Shown here piece after piece: positions 10,394 to 20,621 of a stretch of 64,000 bases of DNA. The position numbers and the translations under genes were made by a program. Source of the DNA: Gammaproteobacteria bacterium (GTDB taxonomy: Bacteria; Pseudomonadota; Gammaproteobacteria; G965277405); NCBI GenBank assembly GCA_965277405.1, contig OZ255726.1, positions 1,920,001 to 1,984,000 on the forward strand, written 5' to 3'. The notes beneath the pieces were generated by a model. That model worked only from the letters and a program-made list of their open reading frames with translations, was not told the origin of the DNA and did not search any database. How positions within the stretch are numbered: the stretch's first letter is position 1; every line of letters starts with the position of its first letter.

Positions 10394-13300
10394 ATGTCTG
10401 AATACAACTATGTAGAAAAACCATTTTTAGACCAATTGCAACAATTGGGATGGAGGTGTATAGACCAAGGTTTTGGAATTCCCAAAGACCCAACAACAAG
10501 CTTTCGTACATCGTTTAGAGAGGTTGTTTTAAAAGAACAGTTTTTTAAAAGCGTTAAGGCTATCAATACGGCTAATGGCAAAACATGGTTGACAAACCGC
10601 CAACTTAAAGATGTTTTTTCTGAACTTGTAGAACACCCTACAAAGAACTTATTAGAAGTGAATAAAATAATTTTTAAAATATTATTAAATGGTTCTAGTG
10701 TAGATAAAAACGAACTTACTGGGGAGGAATACCCAAAGGTTCAGTTTATAGATTTCAAAAATCCAGAGAATAATAGCTTTATCGCAATTAATCAATTTAG
10801 AATAGATACACCAGGAACACCAAAAGGTTTTATTATTCCTGATATTGTATTATTTATAAATGGGCTACCTCTTGTGGTTGTAGAATGTAAAGACCAAAAC
10901 GAATATACCGCTAATCCATTAACCGATGCCTACAAACAATTAAGACGTTATAGCAATCAGCGAATAGAAACTCAGGAGGCAGGTTTAAAAGAAGGTGAAG
11001 AACGCTTATTCCACTTCAATCAATTATGTATTGCTACTTGTGGTGAGGATGCTACATACGGAACAATCACTTCAACAGATCAATACTATTTAAACTGGAA
11101 AGATATTTATCCAGAAACTTTAAAAACATATAATCCACCCTTAGAAAAAGCACGTATACAAGAACAACTTATTCAAGCTGTGTTGTCTAAAGAAAATTTA
11201 CTCGATTTACTGCAAAACTTCACGCTTTTTATGGAAGTTGGAGAAGGGAAAGAAATAAAAATAGTAAGTCGTTATCAACAGTTTAGAGCTGTTCAAAAAA
11301 TAAAAGAGCGATTACTTAAAAAAGAAACACCAAAAGAACGTTCAGGTGTTATTTGGCATACACAAGGTTCAGGCAAATCACTAACAATGGTTTTTCTAAT
11401 TCGTAAAATCAGAAACGTTTCTGCTTTAAGCGATTATAAAATCATCATTATTAACGACAGAACAGACCTAGAAGACCAACTAGGAAATACTGTACGTTAT
11501 ACAGGTGAAAAAGTAGATTATGTCACAAACATTGGCGATTTAAAACCAAAGCTTTCTACAGAAAACTCGAACATTACCATGGTAATGCTACAAAAATTTC
11601 AAGAGCGAGATAATTCAAATGTACCAAACTACTTATTGAGTAAAGTCGCAGAGCTAATTCCAGAATATAAAAATTTTGGGACTGTAAATACATCAGATAG
11701 AATTTTAATTCTACAGGATGAAAGCCATAGAACGGTTAACTCAGACTTAGGAGATAATATGTTTGCAGCATTTCCTAATTCTACAAAGATTGCATTTACA
11801 GGCACACCTTTAATTACAAATAGGCATACAACAAAAACTGTAGACCGCTTTGGTGATTATATAGATAAATATAAATTACAAGATGCGGTTGATGATGGTG
11901 CAACGGTTCAAATTCTTTATGAAGGAAAAACAGCGGATACGGCTTTAAATGAAAAAGCAATATTCGATAAAAAATTTGAAGACCTTTTTAAAGAACGAAC
12001 CGAAGAAGAGCTTTTAGCTATTAAAAAGAAATACGGAACTTATGGCGACATTCTTGAAGCAGAAAAGCGAATTGAGTTAATTGCTAAAGATATGGTTGAA
12101 CATTATGTTACAAATATTCTTCCGAATTCATTTAAGGCACAGGTTGTTTGTTCTTCTAAAATTGCAGCTGTTAGGTATAAAAAATACATTGATATAGCTT
12201 TAAGAGAAATTATTAAGGAGACAGAGTTGGGTGATAATTATAAACCTGAACTTTTAGAGAAATTAAAATTTTTAAAATCAGCAGTTATTGTTTCTAGTGA
12301 TAATACCAATGAATTAGCCGAAATTACTCAAGCAATAAAGGATGCCAAGGCATTAAACGCGGTTGAAAATTTTAAAAAGAAAATAAATTATGACGAGCCA
12401 AATACAGGAATAGTCTTTATAGTGGTTTGCGATATGTTATTAACTGGTTTTGATGCGCCAATTGAACAAATAATGTACTTAGATAAAAAAATTAAAGAGC
12501 ATACTCTTTTACAAGCCATTGCCCGAGTAAACAGGGTTTACCCAAATAAAAACAGAGGGTATATTGTAGATTATATTGGATTAGCCAATAACCTAAGGGA
12601 TGCCTTGTCTATTTACGGGGGTGACGCTTTTGATGAGGTAATGCAGGGTGTGAAGGATATTGAAACTGAAGTTCCGATTCTTGAAAGTAGGTATAGGCGG
12701 TTACTACAATTATTTAAAGACAATAAGCTGATGTACTTTGAAGAGTTTCTCAATCAAAAAATCAAAGATAAGCTAGAGGAATATAACGTTTTAGAGACTG
12801 CTATTTATTTAATGGAGGATATAAAACTAAGAGCAAACTTTACAATTTTTCTGCAAGCATTTCAAGAAAGTATGGATGTGATACTGCCTAATGAAGCCGC
12901 TACACCCTATAAAATTCCTGCAAAGCGATTTGGCTATCTCTTAATCAAAATTAAAGAACGTTATAAAGATGATACTCTAGATATTTCTGGGGCAGGAAAT
13001 AAGATTAAAAAATTAGTAAATGAACATTTAATTAGTTTAGGAATCAATCCAAAAATTCCCCCAACAGAACTCTTTTCTTCAAATTTTATTAAAGAATTAG
13101 AGAAAAATAAAACAGCCAAGTCACAGGCAAGCGAGATGGAGCATGCCACTCGTAAACACATCAAGGTAAACCTTGCTGATGATCCTGTATTCTATAAAAC
13201 AATGAGTGAAAAATTGGATTCTATTATTAAAGCACATTGGGAAGATTGGGACGCTATTTGTGAAGGCTTAATTGAATTAAGAGCAGATTTAAAAGCAGGG

Positions 13301-13648
13301 CGAAAAGAAGGCTCCATAGCAGGTATTTCCGTTGAAGAAGCACCGTTCTATGCCCTAATAATTGACATTGCCTATGGCAAAGAAGCTACTGATGAAGTAA
13401 TTCATCAGCTAAAACCAGTAACAACGCAGATTCTTCAGCTAATTAAAGAAGAAATTAAGATTACACGATTTTGGAAAAAACAAAATGAAGTTGAAAATTT
13501 GAGAGGGGAGATAAAAGATATTATTTTTCACATTGCAGGTAAATTAAAATTAAAGCCAGTAATAGACAAGACAGACAAAATTATTTCTGAAATTCTAGCA
13601 TTAGCAAAAAAAAGACATCTTAATTTATTAAATGAAGACAACATATAA
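10394..13648 (+). CDS. hsdR: Type I RM restriction subunit R
   Basis: PDIVLFINGLPLVVVECK nuclease motif, HTQGSGKS Walker A, DESHR, FTGTP, MLLTGFDAP, LQAIARVNR. Confidence 0.95.
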   Translation: MSEYNYVEKPFLDQLQQLGWRCIDQGFGIPKDPTTSFRTSFREVVLKEQFFKSVKAINTANGKTWLTNRQLKDVFSELVEHPTKNLLEVNKIIFKILLNGSSVDKNELTGEEYPKVQFIDFKNPENNSFIAINQFRIDTPGTPKGFIIPDIVLFINGLPLVVVECKDQNEYTANPLTDAYKQLRRYSNQRIETQEAGLKEGEERLFHFNQLCIATCGEDATYGTITSTDQYYLNWKDIYPETLKTYNPPLEKARIQEQLIQAVLSKENLLDLLQNFTLFMEVGEGKEIKIVSRYQQFRAVQKIKERLLKKETPKERSGVIWHTQGSGKSLTMVFLIRKIRNVSALSDYKIIIINDRTDLEDQLGNTVRYTGEKVDYVTNIGDLKPKLSTENSNITMVMLQKFQERDNSNVPNYLLSKVAELIPEYKNFGTVNTSDRILILQDESHRTVNSDLGDNMFAAFPNSTKIAFTGTPLITNRHTTKTVDRFGDYIDKYKLQDAVDDGATVQILYEGKTADTALNEKAIFDKKFEDLFKERTEEELLAIKKKYGTYGDILEAEKRIELIAKDMVEHYVTNILPNSFKAQVVCSSKIAAVRYKKYIDIALREIIKETELGDNYKPELLEKLKFLKSAVIVSSDNTNELAEITQAIKDAKALNAVENFKKKINYDEPNTGIVFIVVCDMLLTGFDAPIEQIMYLDKKIKEHTLLQAIARVNRVYPNKNRGYIVDYIGLANNLRDALSIYGGDAFDEVMQGVKDIETEVPILESRYRRLLQLFKDNKLMYFEEFLNQKIKDKLEEYNVLETAIYLMEDIKLRANFTIFLQAFQESMDVILPNEAATPYKIPAKRFGYLLIKIKERYKDDTLDISGAGNKIKKLVNEHLISLGINPKIPPTELFSSNFIKELEKNKTAKSQASEMEHATRKHIKVNLADDPVFYKTMSEKLDSIIKAHWEDWDAICEGLIELRADLKAGRKEGSIAGISVEEAPFYALIIDIAYGKEATDEVIHQLKPVTTQILQLIKEEIKITRFWKKQNEVENLRGEIKDIIFHIAGKLKLKPVIDKTDKIISEILALAKKRHLNLLNEDNI

Positions 13649-14324
13649 ATACAAAGACATAGAATACGCTCTTAAACAGAGTAACAGAAAAACTTCCAGT
13701 ATTTACATAGAACGTGATGGAAGTATTTCTGTGTTAGTGTCTAAGCAATTATCGCATGCAGAGATTGAAAATATTATAGAAAAGAAGCGGTATAAAATTT
13801 ATAGTCATCTTGCTGAATGGGAAGATGCCAATACAAGCAAAGTGTATAGAGAATTTGTAAGCGGTGAAGGGTTTTATTATTTAGGAAGAACGTATAAACT
13901 AGAAATTGTAGAAGACCAAAACACACCTTTAAAGCTTAAAAACGGATATTTCCTATTGAGGAAAAAAGATTTGCCAAAAGCAAAAGAGCATTTTATACAT
14001 TTCTACAAAGAAAAAGGGGAAAGCAAAATAAATGAACGTGTAAGTTATTGGGAAAAACTGCTTAATGTAGAACCAAATGACGTTAAGATAATGGAGTTGC
14101 AAAACAGATGGGGCTCTTGCTCAGAGAAAAAAAACGTCAATTTTCATTGGAAATCTATAATGACACCTCTAACAATAATAGATTATATAATTGCTCATGA
14201 ATTAACGCATTTAATTCATCCAAATCACTCGGAAGCCTTTTGGTTAGAGCTTGATAAAGTGATGCCAGATTACCGCGAACGTAAATCATGGCTTAAAATA
14301 CACGGAGCAGGAATGGATTTGTAA
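13632..14324 (+). CDS. M48/YgjP (SprT-like) metal-dependent hydrolase associated with Type I RM
   Basis: RWGSCS, DYIIAHELTH..H.NHS..FW motif; overlaps hsdR 3' end. Confidence 0.88.
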   Translation: MKTTYKYKDIEYALKQSNRKTSSIYIERDGSISVLVSKQLSHAEIENIIEKKRYKIYSHLAEWEDANTSKVYREFVSGEGFYYLGRTYKLEIVEDQNTPLKLKNGYFLLRKKDLPKAKEHFIHFYKEKGESKINERVSYWEKLLNVEPNDVKIMELQNRWGSCSEKKNVNFHWKSIMTPLTIIDYIIAHELTHLIHPNHSEAFWLELDKVMPDYRERKSWLKIHGAGMDL

Positions 14325-14425
14325 AAAACCAAGAATTAGTTTTAATAATAGTACAACCTTTAGCCACCCCCGTTAGCAGGAGCATCCTGCTCGTGACAGT
14401 ATGAGTAAGGAGAAAAAAAAGAGTA

Positions 14426-14609
14426 ATAGCTCATGTGCAATTTGCAGGTGTGCCTGATCGTGGTGAGCCTGATGTAGGTGAAGTCGACTATACGTGGCTA
14501 CTCCAGCAAATTGCCAACTGGTTTCAACCAACCTTTTGGTGCAGAATATAGACCGCGCAGTACCACCGATGCTGGGCTTGGTTGGATGCATCAGTTGAGC
14601 CAACTTTGA
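14426..14609 (+). pseudogene. otnI: C-terminal remnant of 2-oxo-tetronate / hydroxypyruvate isomerase (OtnI/Hyi)
   Basis: IAHVQFAGVPDRGEPDVGEVDYTWLL...[frameshift]...GAEYRPRSTTDAGLGWM*; matches the family HIQ.A.VP.R.EPD.GE and EYRP...T.AGLGW motifs. Confidence 0.72.
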
Positions 14610-14647
14610 GCGTTGAATTTGCCTGGACTATTATAGATAATTGTTGG

Positions 14648-15859
14648 TTATGACGCGAGTAGCCCCATCTCGTTGCGGACTATTTTCATGGTTTCTTCGC
14701 TGAACTGTTGCGCACGTTGCCTGCCTTTTGCTAGCAGTTTATCAAGCTCTGCACGGTCATTTTGATACACTTTTGCGCGCTCAAGAATCGGCTGCATTGT
14801 CGTGGCAATGTTTGCTGTTAGCACCTTCTTGCAAGCCATACACCCAGTCTTTGCTTGGGTGCAGTTTTCAAATAGTCGTGGTTGATCCGCATGGGGGGTA
14901 TGGAGGACGTGGTATGACCAAACTGGGCATTTATTCGGGTCTCCAACGTCCACCAAGCGCACGCGAGCTGGGTCAGTTGGCATCATTTTTATAGTGCGTG
15001 CAATCGAGTCTGCACTGGCGCGTAGGGCAATAGTATTATTATACGATTTAGACATTTTCTGCCCGTCTGTACCGATCATTTTTGGCGTCGGTGACAGCAA
15101 ATGGGTTGGTTCTGTGAGTATCTGTTTACCACTATCACGCAGATACGCATGCAGCGCAGCTGTTTGATCTGCAGCAAGGCGTTGTTGTGCACTGTACTGC
15201 TCGATTAGCGCTAAAGCGTCGGCTAACGCTTGCTGCTTGCCTAATTCTAGCCATGCTTTTCGCAATGTTTGCAGCTGCTGCTTGGTCTGAGTGGCTACAG
15301 TGTCTACAACCTGTTGTTTATACGTATCGTATGCTGGTGTTTTACCAAAAATGTCGTTAAAACGCCGTGCAATTTCACGTGCCATTTCTATATGGGGTAT
15401 TTGGTCTTCACCCACAGGAACTTTATGGGCACGATACAATAAAATATCCGCAGTTTGCAAGAGTGGATAGCCGAGAAAACCATAGGTGCCAAGGTCTCTA
15501 TCGCTGAGTTTTTGTATCTGCTCTTTATAGGTTGGCACGCGTTCCAGCCAACTAAGTGGTGTCGACATCGACAGCAGTAAATGGAGTTCTGCGTGAGCTG
15601 GTACGTGCGACTGGATGAATATGGTGGCTTGCTGTGGATCAAGGCCTGCTGCCAACCAGTCAATCAATACTTCATAACAATACTCTTGAATTTCGGCAGT
15701 ATTTTGATAATGGGTAGTGAGTGCATGCCAATCGACAATCGAGTAGAAGCAGTCATATGTGTTTTGCAAAGCAATCCAGTTTTTGAGCACCCCATGGTAG
15801 TGACCTAAATGCAGTGCTCCAGTAGGGCGCATTGCAGAAAACACACGTTGTTTACTCAT
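14648..15859 (-). CDS. trpS: Tryptophan--tRNA ligase
   Basis: MRPTGALHLGH (HIGH-like), VPVGEDQ, KMSKS. Confidence 0.95.
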   Translation of the reverse strand: MSKQRVFSAMRPTGALHLGHYHGVLKNWIALQNTYDCFYSIVDWHALTTHYQNTAEIQEYCYEVLIDWLAAGLDPQQATIFIQSHVPAHAELHLLLSMSTPLSWLERVPTYKEQIQKLSDRDLGTYGFLGYPLLQTADILLYRAHKVPVGEDQIPHIEMAREIARRFNDIFGKTPAYDTYKQQVVDTVATQTKQQLQTLRKAWLELGKQQALADALALIEQYSAQQRLAADQTAALHAYLRDSGKQILTEPTHLLSPTPKMIGTDGQKMSKSYNNTIALRASADSIARTIKMMPTDPARVRLVDVGDPNKCPVWSYHVLHTPHADQPRLFENCTQAKTGCMACKKVLTANIATTMQPILERAKVYQNDRAELDKLLAKGRQRAQQFSEETMKIVRNEMGLLAS

Positions 15860-16012
15860 ATATGGTGATATTGAAAAATAAAAAAAACGCGATTGTTTGT
15901 ATAAATTGGCAAAGCGAATACCCTACAATGTGTTCCGTAGTTTTTTTTACAACATTAGCTAAACACTAGCTGTTTTTTACTCGAATATAATTATGCGACC
16001 AGTAGGTTTTTT

Positions 16013-16222
16013 ATGGACTCAATAGCGCGTTTTGTCGGTTTTACCATTCTCATCGTTCTTGGGTTAGGTATATTAGCATTGGCATTGTTGTTGCTGCCGA
16101 TTACTGCAATATTATTGTTTTATTGGCGACATCGCTGGCTTGTTAAGGTGATGCAATACAAAAAAGCGCATACAAACAAACAAGAGAACAATAAAATAAT
16201 TATTGAACATGAACAACTGTGA
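16013..16222 (+). CDS. Small membrane protein of unknown function
   Basis: 69 aa, long hydrophobic N-terminus, AGG RBS, stop overlaps next start (GTGA). Confidence 0.55.
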   Translation: MDSIARFVGFTILIVLGLGILALALLLLPITAILLFYWRHRWLVKVMQYKKAHTNKQENNKIIIEHEQL

Positions 16223-18594
16223 TAGATGGAATACGCATGGGATTGGCAGTAGTTGCGATAACAATGTTGTTGCCAGGCTATGCACAAGCGCAGTTATATT
16301 CTACCGCGATAGCTGCGAATAAGCACGCTGTAGTGATTGAGTTATCATCACCACAGCGCTTACAACAAGATTCACTACAACAGCGGTACTTGCAACAAGA
16401 GTTGCTGCAACTACGTCAAACGGTCAATACCGCCCAGACTGATTACGCGATAGCGCGGATTGCTGCCAAGCATGCCTGCAGCGTTGAGTCGCCACAACAA
16501 AGCGACAGCGATAATCACAGCGATAATCACAGCGATAATCACAGCGACATTGAAAGTAACAATGCGCTAGTAACATTCAACCAGTCACTTTTCCTTGGAG
16601 TAGGCAGACTCCTGCAACAGGAGTTGCTGCCATACCCTCTGCTGCAACCAGTCAAGTCAGAAGTGTTTTTATCAGCGAGCGCATTTCAACTTGACGATCC
16701 AGGGTATCAGTATCAGTATTTTTTGCAGGATAATGCCCCCCCTGCGTATAGGTTTGGCAATACCAAGGTAACGCAGTCATGGGAATATCTACAACAGCAT
16801 ATTTTTCATACCATGGGCGCTGCGGCGCCGTTTTCAGACGAACGTACGCTCATTGCGGTTATCGATAGTGGAATACTGAGAAACAATGCTGATTTTAGTG
16901 ATGCTGCGCGGATATTACCTGGCAAAGACTTTATAACGCTCAGCAGTCGCGCCTTAGATGGTGACGGTCGAGACTCAAACCCGAACGATGAATGTGCAAC
17001 GTCACACGGTACGGTAGTTGCTGGGATAATTGGCAGCGAAAAAAACAATGGAGCGGGCATTGTTGGCATTGCACCAAATAGTAAGATATTGCCACTGCGT
17101 GCGGTTGCTGTTGATGGCACGAGCGTTATTTCTGACTTTATTGCAGCACTAGAATATGCCAATACCAGTGCAGCAACGATAACCAATGTAAGTTTGGCTC
17201 AGGCGTTGCCATGTACGGATTTAATTAATACCGCGCTTGCTCATGCTGCTGATAATTTTATTGTGTGGGCTGCTGGCAATGATTTTTTTGAAATCAGTGA
17301 GATAATACCAGGCAGCTGTGCGGGCGATCATTTTGTCGTTGGCGCCAGTGATCCATTTGGCACACTCACGTATTACTCTAATTTTGGCAGAAGGCTTGAT
17401 ATTTTAGCTCCAGGAGGTGTGCGCTATCTTAAAAAAAATAGTGGATTGACCCAGTCATTAACGGTGCTATCCAACTTGAGTAAATATATGTTGGGGTATA
17501 TGCAAGGAACCAGCGTGGCGGCACCGCATGTGGCAGGGGTTGCTGCACTGGTCGACGCCGTGTATTTAAATAAACATAACCGTCCAGCAACCCCTGCAGA
17601 ACTCCGTGGGATTTTGCAGGCAACCAGTGGCGAATTTAACCAAGATGCAGTCGGGCTGCGTTGTACAACAGAATATTGTGGCAGTGGTCTTCTGAATGCA
17701 GTAGACGCCGTTAAGCATGCGAATAGTTACGACATTATTGCATATTTTCCGATCACTGAACTGCACGAACAACCAGGGGCAACAACCCAGTTTGCAGTGG
17801 CATTGTCTAAGCCTGCTCGTGCAGCGCTAACGATTACACTCCGCAAGAATGGATACAGACATACTACGGTTCATTTTGCAACGGGCGAGAGCCGCAAAGT
17901 GGTGAGTGTAGCTGTTGGGCGCAGCAACGCTAGCTACACGATGGCGGCGAACTCATTCTATATAACAGCTGGAAGTCGGTTACAATCATTGACTATATAT
18001 CCTGTAACAGCTGCAACTCTTGTTAATAAGTCGATTGAGCTGTCTGATCCTGTCCATTTTGGTTTGCTTGCTCCAAGTCAGACCCATAGTTACTTACTCG
18101 ACATTGCTAAGTCAAATACCCGGGTTACAATTGCCACTATTGGTGATGAGCTGAATGTTGAGTTAAAGGTAGAACTGCTTGGTTACATACAAAATACCGT
18201 GGTTTTTTCAAGCGACATTACAGACCCACAAGATAAGCTAACAGGGAATCAAAATTATGTTTGGTGGAAAGAATTTGATCGATCAAATAGTCGTGACTCC
18301 AATACTGACAACCAACCGATTTACGACACATATCGCCCAGGAAAATATCGCATTAGTGTCCGTTCAAACAGCGGCGCAGCAGGCGTGTATGGTTTGGCCG
18401 TGAATCATATTGCCCCAGTTGCTGGGCTTGAGAACCTTGCAGAAAATTATCAAGTCACCAACTATAGTGTGTGTGCTGTGGGACCACAAGACGCGCACTT
18501 AAAAACAATCAAGTTATTGGCATTGCCATGGTGGGCTGTGTTGGGGTTATTCTGTTTTGGTATTCGGCTGCGTCAGTATGGTAGGTATTTGTAA
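16219..18594 (+). CDS. Secreted S8 (subtilisin-like) serine protease with C-terminal membrane anchor
   Basis: Signal peptide; triad IAVIDSG / HGTVVAG / GTSVAAPHVAG, AAGN oxyanion motif; C-terminal Cys + hydrophobic helix + Arg tail. Confidence 0.9.
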   Translation: MIDGIRMGLAVVAITMLLPGYAQAQLYSTAIAANKHAVVIELSSPQRLQQDSLQQRYLQQELLQLRQTVNTAQTDYAIARIAAKHACSVESPQQSDSDNHSDNHSDNHSDIESNNALVTFNQSLFLGVGRLLQQELLPYPLLQPVKSEVFLSASAFQLDDPGYQYQYFLQDNAPPAYRFGNTKVTQSWEYLQQHIFHTMGAAAPFSDERTLIAVIDSGILRNNADFSDAARILPGKDFITLSSRALDGDGRDSNPNDECATSHGTVVAGIIGSEKNNGAGIVGIAPNSKILPLRAVAVDGTSVISDFIAALEYANTSAATITNVSLAQALPCTDLINTALAHAADNFIVWAAGNDFFEISEIIPGSCAGDHFVVGASDPFGTLTYYSNFGRRLDILAPGGVRYLKKNSGLTQSLTVLSNLSKYMLGYMQGTSVAAPHVAGVAALVDAVYLNKHNRPATPAELRGILQATSGEFNQDAVGLRCTTEYCGSGLLNAVDAVKHANSYDIIAYFPITELHEQPGATTQFAVALSKPARAALTITLRKNGYRHTTVHFATGESRKVVSVAVGRSNASYTMAANSFYITAGSRLQSLTIYPVTAATLVNKSIELSDPVHFGLLAPSQTHSYLLDIAKSNTRVTIATIGDELNVELKVELLGYIQNTVVFSSDITDPQDKLTGNQNYVWWKEFDRSNSRDSNTDNQPIYDTYRPGKYRISVRSNSGAAGVYGLAVNHIAPVAGLENLAENYQVTNYSVCAVGPQDAHLKTIKLLALPWWAVLGLFCFGIRLRQYGRYL
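16506..16547 (+). repeat. In-frame 12-bp tandem repeat (CAGCGATAATCA) x3 plus partial unit, encoding SDNH repeats
   Basis: Exact units inside the protease pro-region. Confidence 0.9.
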
Positions 18595-19429
18595 GGTTTT
18601 TGGCAATCCAATTCACCATAGTCTGTCGCCACAGATTCACACCATGTTTGGGCAACAAACTGCAATACAGATTGACTACCAAGCACAGCTGGTTGCTTTT
18701 GATGATTTTGAACGTGCAGTAGCGTCATTTTTTGCCATGCCAAATAGCTGCGGTTTAAACATTACCGTTCCCTTTAAACAACGTGCATTTGCTATGGCAG
18801 AGACAACCAGCAGCCGCGCACAACAATGTCAAGCTGCAAACACATTGTATATGCGCGCTGGAGTACTCCACGCAGATACCACCGATGGCATTGGTATAAT
18901 GGTTGACCTTGAACGACTGCATTGGGATGTCACCGATGCAGTTGTGGCGATTATTGGTGCTGGCGGTGCCGCACGCACGATTGCAGTTGCTTTAGCACAA
19001 CGCAATATTGGCGCCATGGTAGGGGTGAATCGCACCGTGCAACGTACGCTAGCAATGCAACAATTGGTTGCCCAAGTCAGCGATATTGCATTTACTGTTG
19101 TTGATTTTTCAGCAGCAGTGACACAGCCAATTGATTTTGTCTTCAACGCTACTCCTTTAAGTTTAATTGCCAGCGAAAATACTGTAGTCGCAGGCTGGTT
19201 ACAACAACTTGTAGCAGCAAATCCCACCACGCCAACACTGCGGTGCTATGATTTAGCGTATGCATTGAACGGTGAAACATGGTTTACCCAAACGATGCAA
19301 GGTTTTGGTGCTGATGCGGTCGATGGGCTGGGAATGTTGGTCGAGCAAGCCGCAGCCGCGTATGCAATCTGGCACGGCGTGACCCCCACCACATTGCCTG
19401 TCATCCAACAGTTGAGGAAAAATGCGTAA
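18578..19429 (+). CDS. aroE: Shikimate dehydrogenase
   Basis: GNPIHHSLSP, NITVPFK, AANTL, TDG.G, GAGGAAR, DGLGMLVEQAA. Confidence 0.93.
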   Translation: MVGICKVFGNPIHHSLSPQIHTMFGQQTAIQIDYQAQLVAFDDFERAVASFFAMPNSCGLNITVPFKQRAFAMAETTSSRAQQCQAANTLYMRAGVLHADTTDGIGIMVDLERLHWDVTDAVVAIIGAGGAARTIAVALAQRNIGAMVGVNRTVQRTLAMQQLVAQVSDIAFTVVDFSAAVTQPIDFVFNATPLSLIASENTVVAGWLQQLVAANPTTPTLRCYDLAYALNGETWFTQTMQGFGADAVDGLGMLVEQAAAAYAIWHGVTPTTLPVIQQLRKNA

Positions 19430-19688
19430 AGTATATTGTATCAAATTAGCAAAAGAGCTGGAAGGCTTGGATGCTGCTCCGTTTCCAGGTGCTATGGGGC
19501 AGATGGTGTTTGACCATGTTTCCAAACAGGCATGGCAACAGTGGCTCGACCTGCAAACACGGTTGATAAATGAGAAACAACTGCAAATGTTCAACCAACA
19601 GCATCGTGACTATTTGCATGCACAAATGGACTTATTTCTACACAATAAGCAACATGACAGCGCGGTCGGCTATATTGCTCCTGAATAA
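19422..19688 (+). CDS. yggX: Fe(II)-trafficking / oxidative damage protection protein
   Basis: MRKVYC.KL.KE.EGLD..PFPG..G...VSK.AW..W...QTRLINE. Confidence 0.93.
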   Translation: MRKVYCIKLAKELEGLDAAPFPGAMGQMVFDHVSKQAWQQWLDLQTRLINEKQLQMFNQQHRDYLHAQMDLFLHNKQHDSAVGYIAPE

Positions 19689-19718
19689 TTTAAGTTTCAT
19701 CGCATTACAACCGCTATT

Positions 19719-20621
19719 ATGGACGATGGATTGAGTCCGTTTAGTATTGTGGCACAACAGCAGTTGTTTGCCCAAGCACACCAGCAATGCCTCGCAAAAT
19801 ATTATCAAGAGCATGGTTTTTGTTCGTCGCGGTTACTGGAGGCAGTGCGCTACACCACCGGCAATGGTGGCAAGTTTGTGCGTCCGTTGCTAACACTGTC
19901 GATGAACCAAACGGTAGGTGGTAGTCAGCCTGCAGCGTTGCAAATTGGCAGTGCTCTTGAAATATTGCACACGTATTCGCTCATCCATGACGATTTACCT
20001 GCTATGGATGACGATGCATTGCGCCGTGGTCAGCCAACCTGTCATATTGTTTTTGACGAAGCAACAGCCATCTTAACAGGGGATGCGTTGCAGGCATTGG
20101 CATTTGATGTGCTGATTGACCAAACATATCTGTGTGACGCCGTTAAAGTGGTGTTGACGCAGCAATTTAGTCATGCTGCGCTGGCAATGGTGAATGGACA
20201 AATGCTGGATATGCAAGCAACAGGACAGCAACACAATGCCACGCAGCTTGAGTTTATGCACAGCCATAAAACTGGCGCGCTGATTACTTTTGCATTAGTT
20301 GCAGGGGTGTATTGCGCAGAGCGTATGCCAGATACCCACGTCGTTACCACTGTGCGTCAACTTGGCAAGCTTGTTGGCTATGGCTTTCAAATTGTTGATG
20401 ATTTGCTCGATGTCATCGGCAATCAAGCTGCGCTAGGAAAAACAGTTGGGCAAGATCAACTGCATGCTAAAGCTACCTACCCAAGTATCCATGGTATTCA
20501 AGCAACCAAAGAAAAAATTAAGCAGTTGCGCAGCACAGCACAGCAGCAACTCAGCGCTAATGGCTGGGAAGCCAGTCCAGTTGCCACAGTGATTGACTAT
20601 ATATTTTCGCGTTCGTCATAG
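19719..20621 (+). CDS. ispA: Farnesyl diphosphate synthase (geranyltranstransferase)
   Basis: GGK.VRP, SLIHDDLPAMDDDALRRG, GQMLD, KTG, FQIVDDLLD. Confidence 0.92.
   Translation: MDDGLSPFSIVAQQQLFAQAHQQCLAKYYQEHGFCSSRLLEAVRYTTGNGGKFVRPLLTLSMNQTVGGSQPAALQIGSALEILHTYSLIHDDLPAMDDDALRRGQPTCHIVFDEATAILTGDALQALAFDVLIDQTYLCDAVKVVLTQQFSHAALAMVNGQMLDMQATGQQHNATQLEFMHSHKTGALITFALVAGVYCAERMPDTHVVTTVRQLGKLVGYGFQIVDDLLDVIGNQAALGKTVGQDQLHAKATYPSIHGIQATKEKIKQLRSTAQQQLSANGWEASPVATVIDYIFSRSS

Noticed and set aside
14373-14603. 76-aa minus-strand ORF
   Set aside because: Antisense shadow of the otnI remnant
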